Shown in pieces: positions 24,085-38,224 of a stretch of DNA of 64,000 bases. Position 1 is the first letter of the stretch, and each line of letters opens with the position of its first letter. Position numbers and translations under genes: made by a program. The DNA lies in the NCBI RefSeq assembly GCF_006345805.1, contig NC_043001.1:113274001-113338000 (forward strand). The letters run 5' to 3'. The notes beneath the pieces were generated by a model that saw only the letters and a list, made by a program, of their open reading frames with translations, had not been told where the DNA came from and searched no databases. The stretch is from Octopus sinensis (Eukaryota).

Positions 24085-24295
24085 ATATATATATATATAT
24101 ATATATATACATACTTATATACAAAAAAATATATATGCATATCTGCACATATATATATATATATATACACACATATATACATGCATATACCATTCCATCC
24201 ATCCATCCATACATACATGCATGCATACAAACATGCATGCATGCATGCATGCATGCATCCATCCATCCATACATACAAGCAAACATACATACACA
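23565..24295. repeat. Compound (ATGC)n, (ATCC)n, (TA)n microsatellites
   Basis: Direct reading. Confidence 0.95.
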
Positions 24296-24943
24296 GCTAT
24301 TGAAAATCTGCATAAACCGCCAATAATAATTCTTATAGTTTTAAATTTCTGAGCGTTCATCCACTCTATGCGTTTCAAAATGTTTATCTTGAATCATAAA
24401 TCCTAAACTGTCTATGTTTGTATTCATCAGTTGTTTGGTTGGAAATCTCTTCACTCTTCATGAGGATGCCAAAAATATTGGCCTGAAGAAATTCAGCGCA
24501 AGAACCGTTACACTTTTGTTTATTATTATTATTTTCTTTTTTTGGTGTATTTTTAAATTCAAAATATTTATCCGTTTATCCAGGATAATTATTTTCCTTA
24601 CGCATAACACGTTTTGGAGGAAGTAGTTGTGAAATTAAGCAAAAACACGAGAGGAACGGCAATTGCCATGGCAAAATAAAAACAACTACGAGAACAACAA
24701 CAACAACAACAACAACAACAGTGGCAAGAAATGTGAATCAATTATAATGTCATTAAAAAAAAACATCTCTTGATGATGGAAACCACGTGAAAGAACATTC
24801 TCGATTTCTTCCATCTAAACTTGAAATAATACCAAACAATACGTTTATATTCTTACCCAAAGGGAATGAATGTCTTGAAAATGCAATTATTCGGAATTTC
24901 TGAACGAAAATAATATAAAATCCGGAAATTTTTTTCTCCTTAC

Positions 24944-25042
<99 letters not shown>

Positions 25043-25051
25043 ACTAACTAA

Positions 25052-25148
<97 letters not shown>

Positions 25149-25200
25149 GGTCTGTCTGTCTGTCTATTTGTCTATCTGCCTGTCTGCCTATCTGTGGTGT
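24944..25200. repeat. (TATC)n/(TGTC)n tract
   Basis: Direct reading. Confidence 0.95.
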
Positions 25201-25434
25201 CTTCCTACTCACACAACTGCAAGTATGTGTGCATATATGTATGTGCAAATGTGTATAAATAGACGTGCACAGACACACACGCATACACACACATACACAC
25301 ATACATACACACAAATATAAATATATGTTTACATAGATGTGTGTACATGTATGTATGGATATATACATATGTGTGTGTGTGTGTGTGTGTTTACATATGA
25401 TATATATATATGCACACACACACACACATACATA

Positions 25435-25885
25435 TTAGGTTGTCAAGAAAATTCTCAGGGAATTTTAAATTTTGGTTTTAAATGATGTATTTTCAAATTA
25501 ATTTTCGTTAAATTACTTTGACTTTATATATCATTTTAAAGCCCGTTTTTCGCTCTCTCTAATCATGTTACCATTTTTCTTTTTAATTAATCAGGCCATT
25601 TTTTCGGACCTTTGACTATAACACGGACAAAAAGCAAACTCGACAATTTTCTTATTCCAGTATAAGCTAGGCCGAAAAGCTGCTGAAACAGCTCGCAATA
25701 TCAACGATAAGTTTGGCCCAGGAATCACTAATGAACGTACAACTCAATGTAAAGTGGATTCTTTATGACAACCGGCAATGCTCAGCTCAATGGTTGGACG
25801 CCGACGAAGCTCCACGGCATTTCCCGATGTCAAAATTGCACCAAAAAAAAAGGCTATGGTGATTGTTTGGTGGTCTGTGGCGAGA
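25435..25885 (+). pseudogene. Internally deleted mariner (Hsmar1-like)
   Basis: TA + TTAGGTTG TIR start; N-terminal KLGRKAAETARNIN-like HTH fused to WILYDNRQCSAQWLDADEAP...KKAMVIVWWS. Confidence 0.82.
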
Positions 25886-26089
25886 GGTCTGGTGAGTATG
25901 ACGGATGAGGCAGAGTTTCCTAGCCCAATTCGTTCAACTTTTGCAGGGTCAGTTGTGCGACATGCGGCCGAAACAAACCCGAGCAACGCCGAGCGATACT
26001 GCTAGTATATATATGATGTTATATATTATTTCTAAAATTCCTCTAAGAGATGAATGCAATAGTTGTTTTATATAATATATATATGTGAC

Positions 26090-26391
<302 letters not shown>

Positions 26392-26600
26392 CATATATTT
26401 GTGTGTGTGTGTGTGTTGAATGAGAGAGAGAGAGAGAGAGAGAAAACGATAGAGAGCAAGATTGATATATAGGGTGTCATACACGTAAGACATCATGTAA
26501 TCGTTCAACTGTCATTAAAGTGAGAAATATAAGTATAAAATAGTAATCAAAGTATACGTATAAAAAAACACACCCGCAACGAGGACACACACACACACAC

Positions 26601-26667
<67 letters not shown>

Positions 26668-26812
26668 GCAAAAAAAAATAACGAAATTTATCGCTAGATT
26701 CATTAATCTGTTTCAATATTTCCACGAACTGTTTCAAACGACGTTTGACGTTTTATATTTTTATTAATCGTCTTGGCAATTCTCTTCGTTTAAGCGATAG
26801 AAATATATTTGT

Positions 26813-27193
26813 GGAGGCGCAATGGCCCAGTGGTTAGGTAAGCGGACTCGCGGTCGCAGGATCGCGGTTTCGATTCCCAGACCGGGCATTGTGAGTGTTT
26901 TTTGAGCGAAAACACCTAAAGCTCCACGAGGCTCCGGCAGGGGGTGGTGGTCATCCCTGCTGTACTCTTTCACCACAACTTTCTCTCACTCTTACTTCCT
27001 GTTTCTGTTGTACCTGTATTTCAAAGGGCCGGCCTTGTCACTCTCTGTGTCACGCTGAATATCCCCGAGAACTACGTTAAGGGTACACGTGTCTGTGGAG
27101 TGCTCAGCCACTTACACGTTAATTTCACGAGCAGGCTGTTCCGTTGATCGGATCAACCGGAACCCTCGTCGTCGGAACCGACGGAGTGCTTCC
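26813..27193 (+). mobile_element. tRNA-derived SINE, family A, full length
   Basis: 12-bp TSD AGAA(A/G)TATATTT at 26799-26810 and 27194-27205. Confidence 0.93.
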
Positions 27194-27410
27194 AGAAGTA
27201 TATTTAAAACACGATTCAAGTGTTAAAGCTGATGTTATTAAGCCAAGTGAAACATGTGTGGCTCTGTGGTTAGAGTGGTTCGCCTCGTGACCATAAAGCC
27301 ATGATTTCAAGTAGTGGATCGGGCGACGAGTTGTGTCTTTGAGGAAGACTTTTTCTTTTACATTGTTCCACTTATCCAGGTGTAGCTGTGTGGTAAGTAG
27401 CTTGCTACTA

Positions 27411-27572
27411 GGCGCAGGAGTGGCTGTGTGAGAATATCTTGCTTATAAACCTCATGGTTCCGGGTTCATTCCCACAGCGTGGGACCTTGGGCAAATGTCT
27501 TCTACTATAGACTCGGGCCGGCCAAAGCCTTGTGAGTAGATTTGGCAGAGGGAAACTGAAAGAAGTCCGTCG

Positions 27573-27619
<47 letters not shown>

Positions 27620-27938
27620 ATATATATATATATACTCAAATATAGCAACAAGAATGACTCCGGTAGGACAACCGCCATTAGTCGAGCAAATCGCCCCAGG
27701 ATTTAATTTTTTGTAAGCCTAGTACTTATTCTATCGTCTCTTTTGCCGACCGCTAAGTTACGTGGTGTGTTTCGGGTTACGTCCCCGTAACTTAGCGGTT
27801 CGGCAAAAGAGACCGATAGAATAAGTACTAGGCTTACAAAGAATAAGGTCTTGGGGTCGATTTGCTCGACTAAAGGCGGTGCTCCAGCATGGCCACAGTC
27901 AAATGACTGAAACAGGTAAAAGATAAAGGAGTAAAAGA
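27411..27938 (+). mobile_element. SINE family C with an inverted duplicate of its 3' half
   Basis: 27672-27762 is the reverse complement of 27786-27879. Confidence 0.88.
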
Positions 27939-28340
27939 GTTATCCACTCAGCTGTATTTAGGCGTTCTGCCTTAACTTTACTCAGTCCCTTGTTGTCATA
28001 TCTTAGATATTGTGCCAGGTCGTGGGTAACCGACTGACTCTCCGTATCTATTCGTGACTTCACAGACATTTGAAACAATAAGTTTGACCATAGTATATGC
28101 TCAGATGCCATACTCTTTCTCGACTGACGGCTGTCTGTGTAGTTTTATCTAGTTTAAAATATGTTTGTGAAACTTAGGGATCCTTCATAAGAAAAGAAAA
28201 ATTATTGGTTTGTTTAAAGAGAATAGGATAACAGTATTTTAAGGATTAGGAAGGAACCAATTCAAAACCAACAAAGAAATTAGAGACGTAACTGGAGTTT
28301 TCACTTTAATATTAATTAAAAGATGGAGAGGGAAAGAGAG

Positions 28341-28377
<37 letters not shown>

Positions 28378-28554
28378 CAATATTAGGTGTGCGTGAAGGG
28401 GAAAACATGAGTCATATTTTGAGCAAGACGGGCGAAATATATAAATATAAAAGCAAACACTGAAATGCGAAACACCTGGAAGAAGAAAAAAAACTTCTGT
28501 TGAAATAAAACTATGAATAGAATATGAATTCTGTATAAGTACGTATATATATAT

Positions 28555-28775
28555 ATATAGTTAATCCAAACATGAAAACACAAAGAGTAAACAGAACAAC
28601 GCAAGGACGTGGAACAAGTATAGTGTTATTGGGAGCTCAGGAAAAGAAAGAAAGAAGGAGAATTTAACGTTTCGAGCGGAGATCTTCGTCAGAAACATAG
28701 GAAAAGGAAAGATCCAAGGAAGGGAAGACGGTGGAAAGCAAAATCGCCAACGATATACACGCGGTCACATATTGA
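28555..28775 (-). mobile_element. Penelope-like terminal repeat with minimal hammerhead motif (28662-28696)
   Basis: GTTT-CTGACGA-A-GATC(TCC)GCTC-GAA-ACGT-T-AAAT; intact core, one stem II mismatch; ends in (TA)n. Confidence 0.75.
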
Positions 28776-29367
28776 ATGTATATATATATATACACACACA
28801 AATTTCCAAACTACTGTCTACAGTACGACTGCGTTCAAGAAAATCAAAGAGAATGGCGATTTTGTCATCCTCCAAAACAGTCACCTTGACTGCCTGAGTT
28901 GGTCACTGGCTCTCTTGAATTTCTTAGTCCTTGGAGAAGAGATGTGATGCTTATTCTATGGACTGGGCCATGGTTTTTGAATCATAAAGATACGTCGTTG
29001 CTTCATTCCCTGTCACCAACTCCGAATATAAAAACGTGACTTCAGTGACTTCAAACACTTCCAGCACAGAGCAAATTTCTACCCTTCTTTCTTGTAAATT
29101 AGGTGTCAACTTGCCAAGGTATCCACTTTGGCACATATTCCAATACCCTAAGTTTTTCGCCATCTTCTGTAATGCATTCTGACCACAGTCCACTTCGTCA
29201 ATGACAAACTGTTGGCTCTATTTAGAACACATTAGTTGCCTGGTAAGGCGAAAATCAAGAAGAGTTATTGCGCAGGAAGTGTAACTCATACAAACAGAAT
29301 GACCTATGTCAGATAATAAAAACGTTGCGTACACTTTTGCATTATTCCGCTATATATATTTATGTGT

Positions 29368-29898
29368 GGAGGCGCAATGGCCTAGTGGTTAGGGCAGCGG
29401 ACTCGCGGTCGCAGGATCACGGTTTCGATCCCCAGACCGGGCGTTGTGTGTGTTTATTGAGCAAAAACACCTAAAAAGCTCCACGAGGCTCCGGCAGAGG
29501 GGGTGATCCCTGCTGTACTCTTTCACCACTCTTTCTCCCACTCTTTCTTCTGTTGGCCTGTTGTCTTCTACTATAGCCCCGGGCCGACCAATGCCTTGTG
29601 AGTGGATTTGGTAGACGGAAACTGAAAGAAGCCTGTCGTATATATGTATATATATATATATATGTATGTATGTGTGTGTAGTATATGTTTGTGTGTCTGT
29701 GTTTGTCCCCCTAGCATTGCTTGACAACCGATGCTGCTGTGTTTACGTCCCCGTCACTTAGCGGTTCGGCAAAAGAGACCGATAGAATAAGTACTGGGCT
29801 TATAAAAGAATAAGTCCCGGGGTCGAGTTGCTCGACTAAAGGCGGTGTTCCAGCATGGCCGCAGTCAAATGACTGAAACAAGTAAAAGAGTAAAAGAG
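29368..29898 (+). mobile_element. Chimeric SINE: family A-type 5' half joined to headless family C
   Basis: Family A-like sequence to about 29560, then TGTCTTCTACTATAGCCCCGGGCC... through the (TAAAAGAG)n tail. Confidence 0.85.
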
Positions 29899-31264
29899 TA
29901 TATATCTAGTTGTCCTGGGCTACTGGAACTTCAATATGTTGACCACGCTTTATCCTGTTAAGTCATAAGCTATTGCGTCCCTCTCATGCCGCTTTCCCCG
30001 TCTATTATTATTATACTTTATTGCAAAACTAGGTTAAAAGGGTTTTGGGAAAGTTTATGAATATAAGAAACCATAGATGAGGACATGCATATTTACTCTT
30101 AAATACCTTCTGGCAGATACGAACGCAAATATGCTAATCGGTGTTGTGCTTGTCACAGAAGAACAGTTTTAGTTTGCAGATAATAGCACGAATGAGAGTA
30201 TAAACTGTTCTCTGAAATTATAAGCAAATCCATCTGTGCTTGTTAGATTAATAGGTTCGCTTGACGAAACACGTCGACATACCGCTGTCACAAAATCTCT
30301 TGAATTAATGAATCGAATGTTATGAGCACAGAGTCGTCGTAACAGAGCAGCTGTTCTTTTGTGACGAACACAACAACGATTTGCATATTCACCTTTGAAT
30401 CTGCGGGAACGCACTGAAAATAAATATGCAAGTCCTCGTTTCGAATTTCGTTGTTTACTGTGCAAATGACGATTTCTTAAAAATTAGAAGCCAAAGAATT
30501 ATAGGGTTATTTTAAAATGGTAGAAAACTTTCATTCTAAGATACAAATATACTGTTGGCACATCTGTGGCTGTGCGACTAAGAATTTTGTTTCGCAAACG
30601 TATGCTTGGCAATTTTTTTTTATCATAGTTTTTATCAGTGAAATTTTGTAGACAGAAATGGTGTGGAGGAATATCCTGCTACTGTGTGAATAGACGTGAT
30701 GTCTGACTCGGTTTTACGCAACCATCTGACACTGGATGCCGTTGTGGAGGTACCTATCCCGGTTGCAAGCATTCTGACTAAGTCTGTGTTCTGAAGATAA
30801 TTCTTCACTCTAATACAAAACTGGTAGCTTTTACGGACTGCTTCGAACTAACGATAGTTGGCCTTATCAAAACTCTCGATTGAACTAATTTGTCTCAACT
30901 ACAAAAAAAGTACGCCAATGTGTGTGCATGCCTGTGTGCATGCTTTGTGTGTGCGTGTGTGTTTGTGAATGCGCGAGTATGTGTGAGTGTATGTGTGTGC
31001 TTGTGAATGCGCGTGGATATCTGTGTGTGTGTGTAGTTTGGTGAGTGTGCATGTGTTTGCGTTTTAGTTGCTCCATGTTTGTTTACATATGCATATGTTT
31101 GTATATATTATCTACATATATCTTAATTTCCTCTATGTTGACATATCACATACTGTAAGCTATACATAGCCCCGCGACACGCAAACACATAAAAACAGGC
31201 GTGTGTCTATCTGTCTGTCAGTTTGTCAATCAGTCTATCTGCCCGTGTCTCTGTCTTTCTCCCT

Positions 31265-31279
31265 GTATATATATATATA

Positions 31280-31331
<52 letters not shown>

Positions 31332-31382
31332 ATATATGTATAATATATGTATAATATGTATATATATATGTATATATATATG

Positions 31383-31443
<61 letters not shown>

Positions 31444-31500
31444 ATACATATATATACATATATATACATATATATATAATATATATATATATAAACATAC

Positions 31501-31544
<44 letters not shown>

Positions 31545-31650
31545 ATATATAAACATCATATATATACATATATATATATATATAATATATATATATATAA
31601 TATATATATAAATATTTAAACATATATATACATATATATACACATAACAT
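31265..31650. repeat. Long interrupted (TA)n tract
   Basis: Direct reading. Confidence 0.95.
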
Positions 31651-32422
31651 ACAGCCGGCACATATTTTAAGTGGACTGAATCTAGGTTAAATATATATTA
31701 AAAAACAGACAGGTAGATGATATATGTGTATATAAACAAATGCAGAGGCACTTTTCGTGAGTTAAGTAAGTACACTGGTTCCTCGTTAACACTTCCTTTA
31801 TAATAAAACACTTCATCAAGAAGCCATATTCATCATATTTATTATAATTCAATATCATTTCTGCTTTTTTGCTTCTCATATTTTGTTTTACTTTTTGTTT
31901 AAACAATACTAATTACGTTTGGTGCCATTGCTCTTCAGTGGTGAAGATAAAGCTAAGTGTGGTCATTATCGTAAACCCTTAAGTTCTTATCGACATCAAT
32001 AAAGGGAGGTAATGTTAGTGTTAATGCGAAATCAGTTGGTGGTCCCCTTGTTTAGTTTACCTACCACGTTGATAATGCGTTAACAAATGTCAGGCTATCA
32101 GCTGTTTAACAATCAATTCGCTCCTTTAACATTGTATCGGTACGGGTTATACAGGTCGATAGTCCGGTGTTTCTTCAACCCAATGTGTGAATCAGACTCC
32201 TGGGAACGAGTTAAGGATTAAAACTGGGGCTGATAAATTGCTATGTTTCATAAATTTGGATGAATTTAAACTTTTATAGAATTATAAATTAGCTCCCTTA
32301 ATGTAGGATTTCAGATTATGCAGGCGATAGTTCGGTGTTTTTTCAAGGGTGTATGAGTCAGATTCCTGGGGACGAGTTACCGATTAAAGCAGATATAGAT
32401 AAAGTGCTGTTTCATAACTTTG

Positions 32423-32765
32423 GCTCGTGACTCAGTGGTTAAAGCATCGGGATCATTATCATGAGGTAGTGAGTTCGAATTTCGGACGGTGCTGTGTTTT
32501 GTCTTCTTGAGCAAGATACTTTATTTCACGCTGCTCCAGTTCTCTCGGTTGTAGAAATGAGCTGCGACGTCACTGGCGCCAAGCTGCATCGGCCATTGCC
32601 TCTCCCTTGGATAACATCGGTGGCTTGGAAAGGGAAGGCTGGTATGCATGGGTGACTGCTGGGTTTTCATAAACAACCTTACTCAGACTTGTGCCTCGGA
32701 GAGTAACTTTCTAGGTGCAATCCCATGGTCATTTATGACTGAAGGGCTTCTTTACTTCTTTTACC
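32423..32765 (+). mobile_element. tRNA/CORE-like SINE, family B1
   Basis: Homologous to 3764-4090. Confidence 0.82.
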
Positions 32766-32861
32766 TTTGATAGTTTGAAACTTTGATAAATTTCTCCGAG
32801 GTCATGGCGAAAAAAACCCCAAAAGTATCATAACGATATAAACTCTGTTTTGTTTTCATAG

Positions 32862-34288
32862 AGTAGGTGATTGGCAGAATCGCTACAGTGTAATGGAAAA
32901 ATACCTTGCGGTATTTCTTTCGTCTCTTTACGTTCTGTTTGCATATCCCACAGTGGTCAATGTCTGCTTTTCATTCGTTCGGAATGGATATTGTAAAGTA
33001 CCACTCAAGTACCGACGACAATATATTCGACTAAAATAGGCGGCTGGATGGCAGAATCCTTAGCACACAGGGCAAAATGCTTAGCAGTATTTCGTCCGAC
33101 TTTACGTTCTGAGTTCCAATGCCGCCGGAGTTAATTTTGCTTTTCATTCTTTCAGCGTCGATAAAATAAGTACCAGTTGAGCAGTTGGTTCAATGTAATC
33201 GACTTACCCTTTATCTCGAAATTGCTGGTCTTGTACCAAAATATGAAACCAATATATTCAACTAAATTCTCTCTTCAGAATTGTTGGTCTTGTATGTAAA
33301 TCAGAAACCATTATTAATATAAGGTGGTATAAGTCGGCGAGTTGGCAGAAACGTTAGCAGGCCGGGCGAAATGCATAGCCGTATTTCGTCTACCGTTATG
33401 TTCTGAGTTCAAATTCCGCCGAGGTCGACTTTGCCTTTCATCTTTTCGGGGTCGATTAAATAAGTACCAGTTATAATCGACTTAATCCATCTGTCTGTCC
33501 TTGTTTGTCCCCTCTGTGTTTAGCCCCTTGTGGGTAGTAAAGAAATAGGCATTTCGTCCGACCTTACGTTCTGAGTTCAAATTCCGCCGAGGTCGATTTT
33601 ACCTTTCATCCTTTCGGGGTCAATTTCAGGCTTTGTGCATATTGTCGAAAGGATTATTAGGGCAGTAGGTTTTAGCTTCGGCATTACACATACTAAAATA
33701 TGATTAGGGCGGTACTAACCGGAGAAAATGCTTAACGTCATTTCTTCAGGTTTTACGTTCTGAATACCAAATACTGCCTAGTATTTACATTTACATTTCC
33801 TACTCAGAGCATTCGATAAAATAAATAACATTCAAGCAATGGGGTCCATATTATCAATTAGTTCTCGCCCGAAAAATTTCAGGTCTTATGCTTATTGTAG
33901 AAAGGATTATCAATAGGCCGGTGAACCGGTTTAATTGTTACAGTGTTTGAGAAAATGTTTTGCAGAATTTGATTCAGCTCTTTACATTCTGAGTTCAAAT
34001 CTCACAAGGTCAAACTTGTCTTTCATTCTTCGTGGGTCAATAAAATATAGTATTAGTGAAGCACTAGCAGCGAAGGTATCGACTAAGTAACTCATCTTTC
34101 ATAGCCTTGTGACTAAATTGATCTTAAATTTGGCACAAGGCTTGTAATTTCGGGGGCGAGGTTAAGTCGATTGCATCGACCAAGGTATTCAACTGGTACT
34201 TATTTTATTGACTCCGAAAGGATGAAAGGCAAAGTGGACTTCGGCGGAATTTGAACTCAGACTGTGAAGACGAGCGAAATACCGCCTT
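32862..34288. mobile_element. Cluster of about eight SINE family D copies or fragments of mixed age
   Basis: + copies near 32862, 33038, 33333 (young D2), 33548, 33706 and 33915; - copy at 34126-34288. Confidence 0.82.
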
Positions 34289-34746
34289 AACCTCGTGCCT
34301 AAATTGGTAACAATTATCCTGCTTGTTGAAGTTACGACGAAAGAACTAAGCGGATGCAAAAGATTATAGATAAGTTAGCGTAACGTTATTGAAAGATTAC
34401 GTATTTCCGATAAGGGAAACGCACAATGTTATATTAGTCATTAACAAAAATTTGTGAATTAAATATGCTAACGCTAACTTGTATATAGTTTTTTTATGTG
34501 GATGGCATCTCTGAAATATAAGCTTTACAACTTCTTTTGCGTACATGATAGTTTTTAAAAACTTAATGTAGAAACCATTTTTATTATTTTTGTCATGCTT
34601 TTTCGTCTAATAACACAAAAGTTTTGACAGGAACATTTCTCAATGATTGAAATTGTGCGAGAGAGATAGATAGAAATAAGGTTAAATGAAAGAAAGGGCA
34701 CGGTACAGAAATAGCAATATTTGATGGAAAAGAAAGGAAGAGGGGA

Positions 34747-34777
<31 letters not shown>

Positions 34778-35075
34778 GGGAGAGAGAGGGAGAGAGAAGA
34801 GAGAGGTGGGATGGGGGCGTGAGTTTTGCAAAGGCAAAGCAAATGATTTTAAAAAGAATTGTAGTGAGATATATTTTGTTATCAGAGATTAAAAAAAAAA
34901 AGACGTGGAATTCCAATTATCCAGAACATTGATTGGAAGAGATGCTGCGATCACTAATTTTGATTTACAGATTTAGTATAGATATTTCATTGCCTTGAAA
35001 TTGTTAATATTCTTAGAGGAAGTACAAAACATCACAGAACATTATTTTGCCTCTGACACATACATACATACATAT

Positions 35076-35451
35076 GGGAAGCACTCCGTCGGTTACGACG
35101 ATGAGGGTTCCGGTTGATCCGAATAAACGGAACAGCCTGCTCGTGAAATTAACGTGTAAGTGGCTGAGCACTCCACAGACACGTGCACCCTTAACGTAGT
35201 TCTCGGGGATATTCAGCGTGACACAGAGAGTGACAAGGCCGGCCCTTTGAAATACAGGTACAACAGAAACAGGAAGTAAGAGTGAGAGAAAGTTGTGGTG
35301 AAAGAGTACAGCAGGGATCACCACCATCCCCTGCCGGAACCTCGTGGTGGTTTTAGGTGTTTTCGCTCAATAAACACTCACAACGCCCGGTCTGGGAATC
35401 GAAACCGCGATGCTATGACCGCGAGTCCGCTGCCCTAACCACTGGGCCTCC
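35076..35451 (-). mobile_element. tRNA-derived SINE, family A
   Basis: Inserted in (CATA)n; small microhomology deletion in the head (GGGCC|TCC). Confidence 0.92.
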
Positions 35452-35513
35452 TATACATACATACATACACACACACACACATACATAGCCGTACTTGCAT
35501 GTATACACACACA

Positions 35514-35564
<51 letters not shown>

Positions 35565-38224
35565 CAGTTTATATTTTTTTTTAATATGATATCTGTACGA
35601 AGAGACCAGGTGAAGAGATAAACTACAAGTCCCAGACTGACCTTTCGTCTCTAATGTAAGTTTTAGTAATAATCAGCAAGATACAATAATTTGTTCTAAC
35701 ACAGTGTCTGTCTTTTCTGAATAAATGCACAGGTCGTCAGTACTTTAGCTCGGGATTTTTCTGTAACATAGAAAGCAGCCCGGGTTTTCAAAAATGTTTG
35801 GCTTAAAAGTTATTGTCGAGGCTTGCTTGCGTCTTAGCATTGAAGCTGAATTTAAATGTTTTCAATTTTCATAGGTGGAGAGAGAATTGATGGAGTCGTT
35901 AGAATATTGTGTGGTATTTGTTCTTAATTTCTGTACTGTGAGTTCAAATTCTGTCGAGGTAGAATTGTCTTGGAGGCAAACATGCAAACATTCACACAGT
36001 AAAATACACAAGGAGGTACTCCAACTCCGCAGTAAAAATGACTGAAACAAATAAAAGAATACAGATAGAAAGAGCGAGGGAGAGCGCGCGCGTGAGATAG
36101 TGAGAGAGATTACACTTTATAAGGTGAGCACGACTGACATAAACATTTCCTGTCTCCTCATGTACATAAAGAGAAACAGCCTTTCACGCATAAACACGCA
36201 GAGCGCGAGGGAGATTAAAACGTCTGGTGTCAAATCAAGAGTCAAATCAGCGACGCCAAATAGGTGGCGCCAAAATGGCGTCTTATACCGTCTTGGTCAT
36301 CAATGCCTTATTTGAACGCCAAATCAAAAGTAGGTTAAAATTCACGTAAACCTTGAGAACTCCTGGGATATCGGAATGCTACACGAGTGATGGATTTAAT
36401 TTCATATTCCCAGCAGCATTTCTTCTCAGAAGAAGTGTCAGACGATTTTTCGAAGCTTTAAATCCGGCGGTCGATTCACCACCCCATCCTACGAGAATTA
36501 AATATTTAGCAGGTATGAGCTTCCAGAAATGGCAGTTACAACATAGTATACTTGGTAATATTTCTTTAGCTGGTTAAGTTAATTAGTAGCAGCCTCTTAT
36601 TTTAGCAGTCGCAGATTCAGCAATCATATCAGTTGTAGCGCTTCTTAAACCTTTTTAAGTTTTATACGCCAGAAAATATATTTACTTAAGAGTTTCACTT
36701 CTTTTTTCTTCTGCAAATCATGAAACAGACTTTTGGTTATTTTAAAAATTAACATCGTGCTTATCGGCACATTACATTGGGTTAGATCCTCGATGCATAT
36801 TTCCCCAAGAACTGTCTCATTTTAACCATCAAATTAAATCTAGGAAAACTAAGGTCCAAGCAGTTAAAGGAATACCTTCTTAAGCACGTGACTTAACTTG
36901 CTCTGTATTTTTTTACGTATTGTTTTCAGTGTAGATGATGCAAGCTTTAATATTTTGACAATGTGACTGATTTCTTTTCTCCTGTATCAAGCCCTTTTAA
37001 TATCCAGTGTAATTCTTTCCTTTTCGCGTTACAACCTTCAGTTCCACTTCAAGGTTTCTTTTCAGGCATTTGGATTGAATTGATCACAAAAAAAAAAAAA
37101 ATCAACCTGCTTCAGTGGGTCAAGCCAGTCTTGTCAATTTTAATATCAATTGAAAGCGATCATTGATAATGTAGAGAGAATATCATCGCACCCCATTCCT
37201 TTAAATTTGACTGGTGCACAACGGGAACCCATGCGATAAACCTGACTAACAGGAAGGACTTCAAGGGGTGAACTCACCTCCTTTACATAGCTAGAACCGA
37301 ATTTAAAACACTGACCCTTCTCTTTGGAGCTAGAAGATATTTAAGTCTCAAACAATTATGGGCTGTCTATGGGGCTCAGGTGAGATCCACCACGGTGTGC
37401 TGCGTCTACGCCCAGAAAATAATCCACTTGTAAAATTAGCATTAAGTCAGTTCAAGCATACTCAAGCCTCTAGAATATACTTGTAGATATACTGACTCCT
37501 TTTTTTTTTATCGCAACCAAAATTGATTCTGTTTCTTGGAACTGGCTTCAGCACCACTCTCTCAGCATTCTCATCTCTCCTCCTTTCATCAACTACGCTG
37601 AGTCCAACACGCCGGATTCTGCGCTAAACCTTCGCCCAGTCTCCCAGCCACCGAGGACTCCAGCATTTATGCAGTTGACAACTTACGACAGTTTAAGCGG
37701 GAGGACTTTTAATGAACATAGGTGCTGTTCTACACTTATCAAATAATAAATGGAGATACACGTCAACTTTCGGGTCTCTGGTATTTTCTTTCTGCGTTTG
37801 TAGTTTTTCTTTCTATTTTGACCTATTTTCTCGTTCTCTCTCTCTCTCGCTCTCTCTCCATTTTCCCTCTTTTCGATGAAAGATATTTTATTTCTCTTCT
37901 AGCGTGAAATTTATACCATTTTATTGTAATTTTCGTCGTCCTTGTGTTGCCTATTTTAGTTTTATGTGCGTGCTTCTTAAAAATAAAAAAAGAAGAAAGA
38001 AAATGGGCGAGATGTAGATAAGGAAAAGTCATTCTGGAGCTATATTTTTATGATGTAGTCGGCGACATGTTTATGTGGAATTGAAGTAAATACCGTCGCC
38101 TGTGAGAGTGCGTAGGAATGGGCAGTGTGTGCTTGTTCAATATTTTAGTATTATGTGTTAATAAATAATAAAATAGAATTTTAAAGCATATCTATTACGG
38201 AAACTGTATATGTACACAGTTTAA

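Noticed and set aside
26813-26890. tRNA-like sequences at SINE heads
   Set aside because: They have A and B boxes but no complete cloverleaf and run into SINE bodies, so they are not tRNA genes.
31750-31825. - strand TTGATGA...CAC-GAAA hammerhead-like pattern
   Set aside because: C3 is absent without compensation, and I could not build stem I or stem III.
36240-37690. Possible decayed transposase region with GGCGCCAAAATGGCG terminal-like motifs
   Set aside because: No diagnostic motif or paired TIR could be identified.
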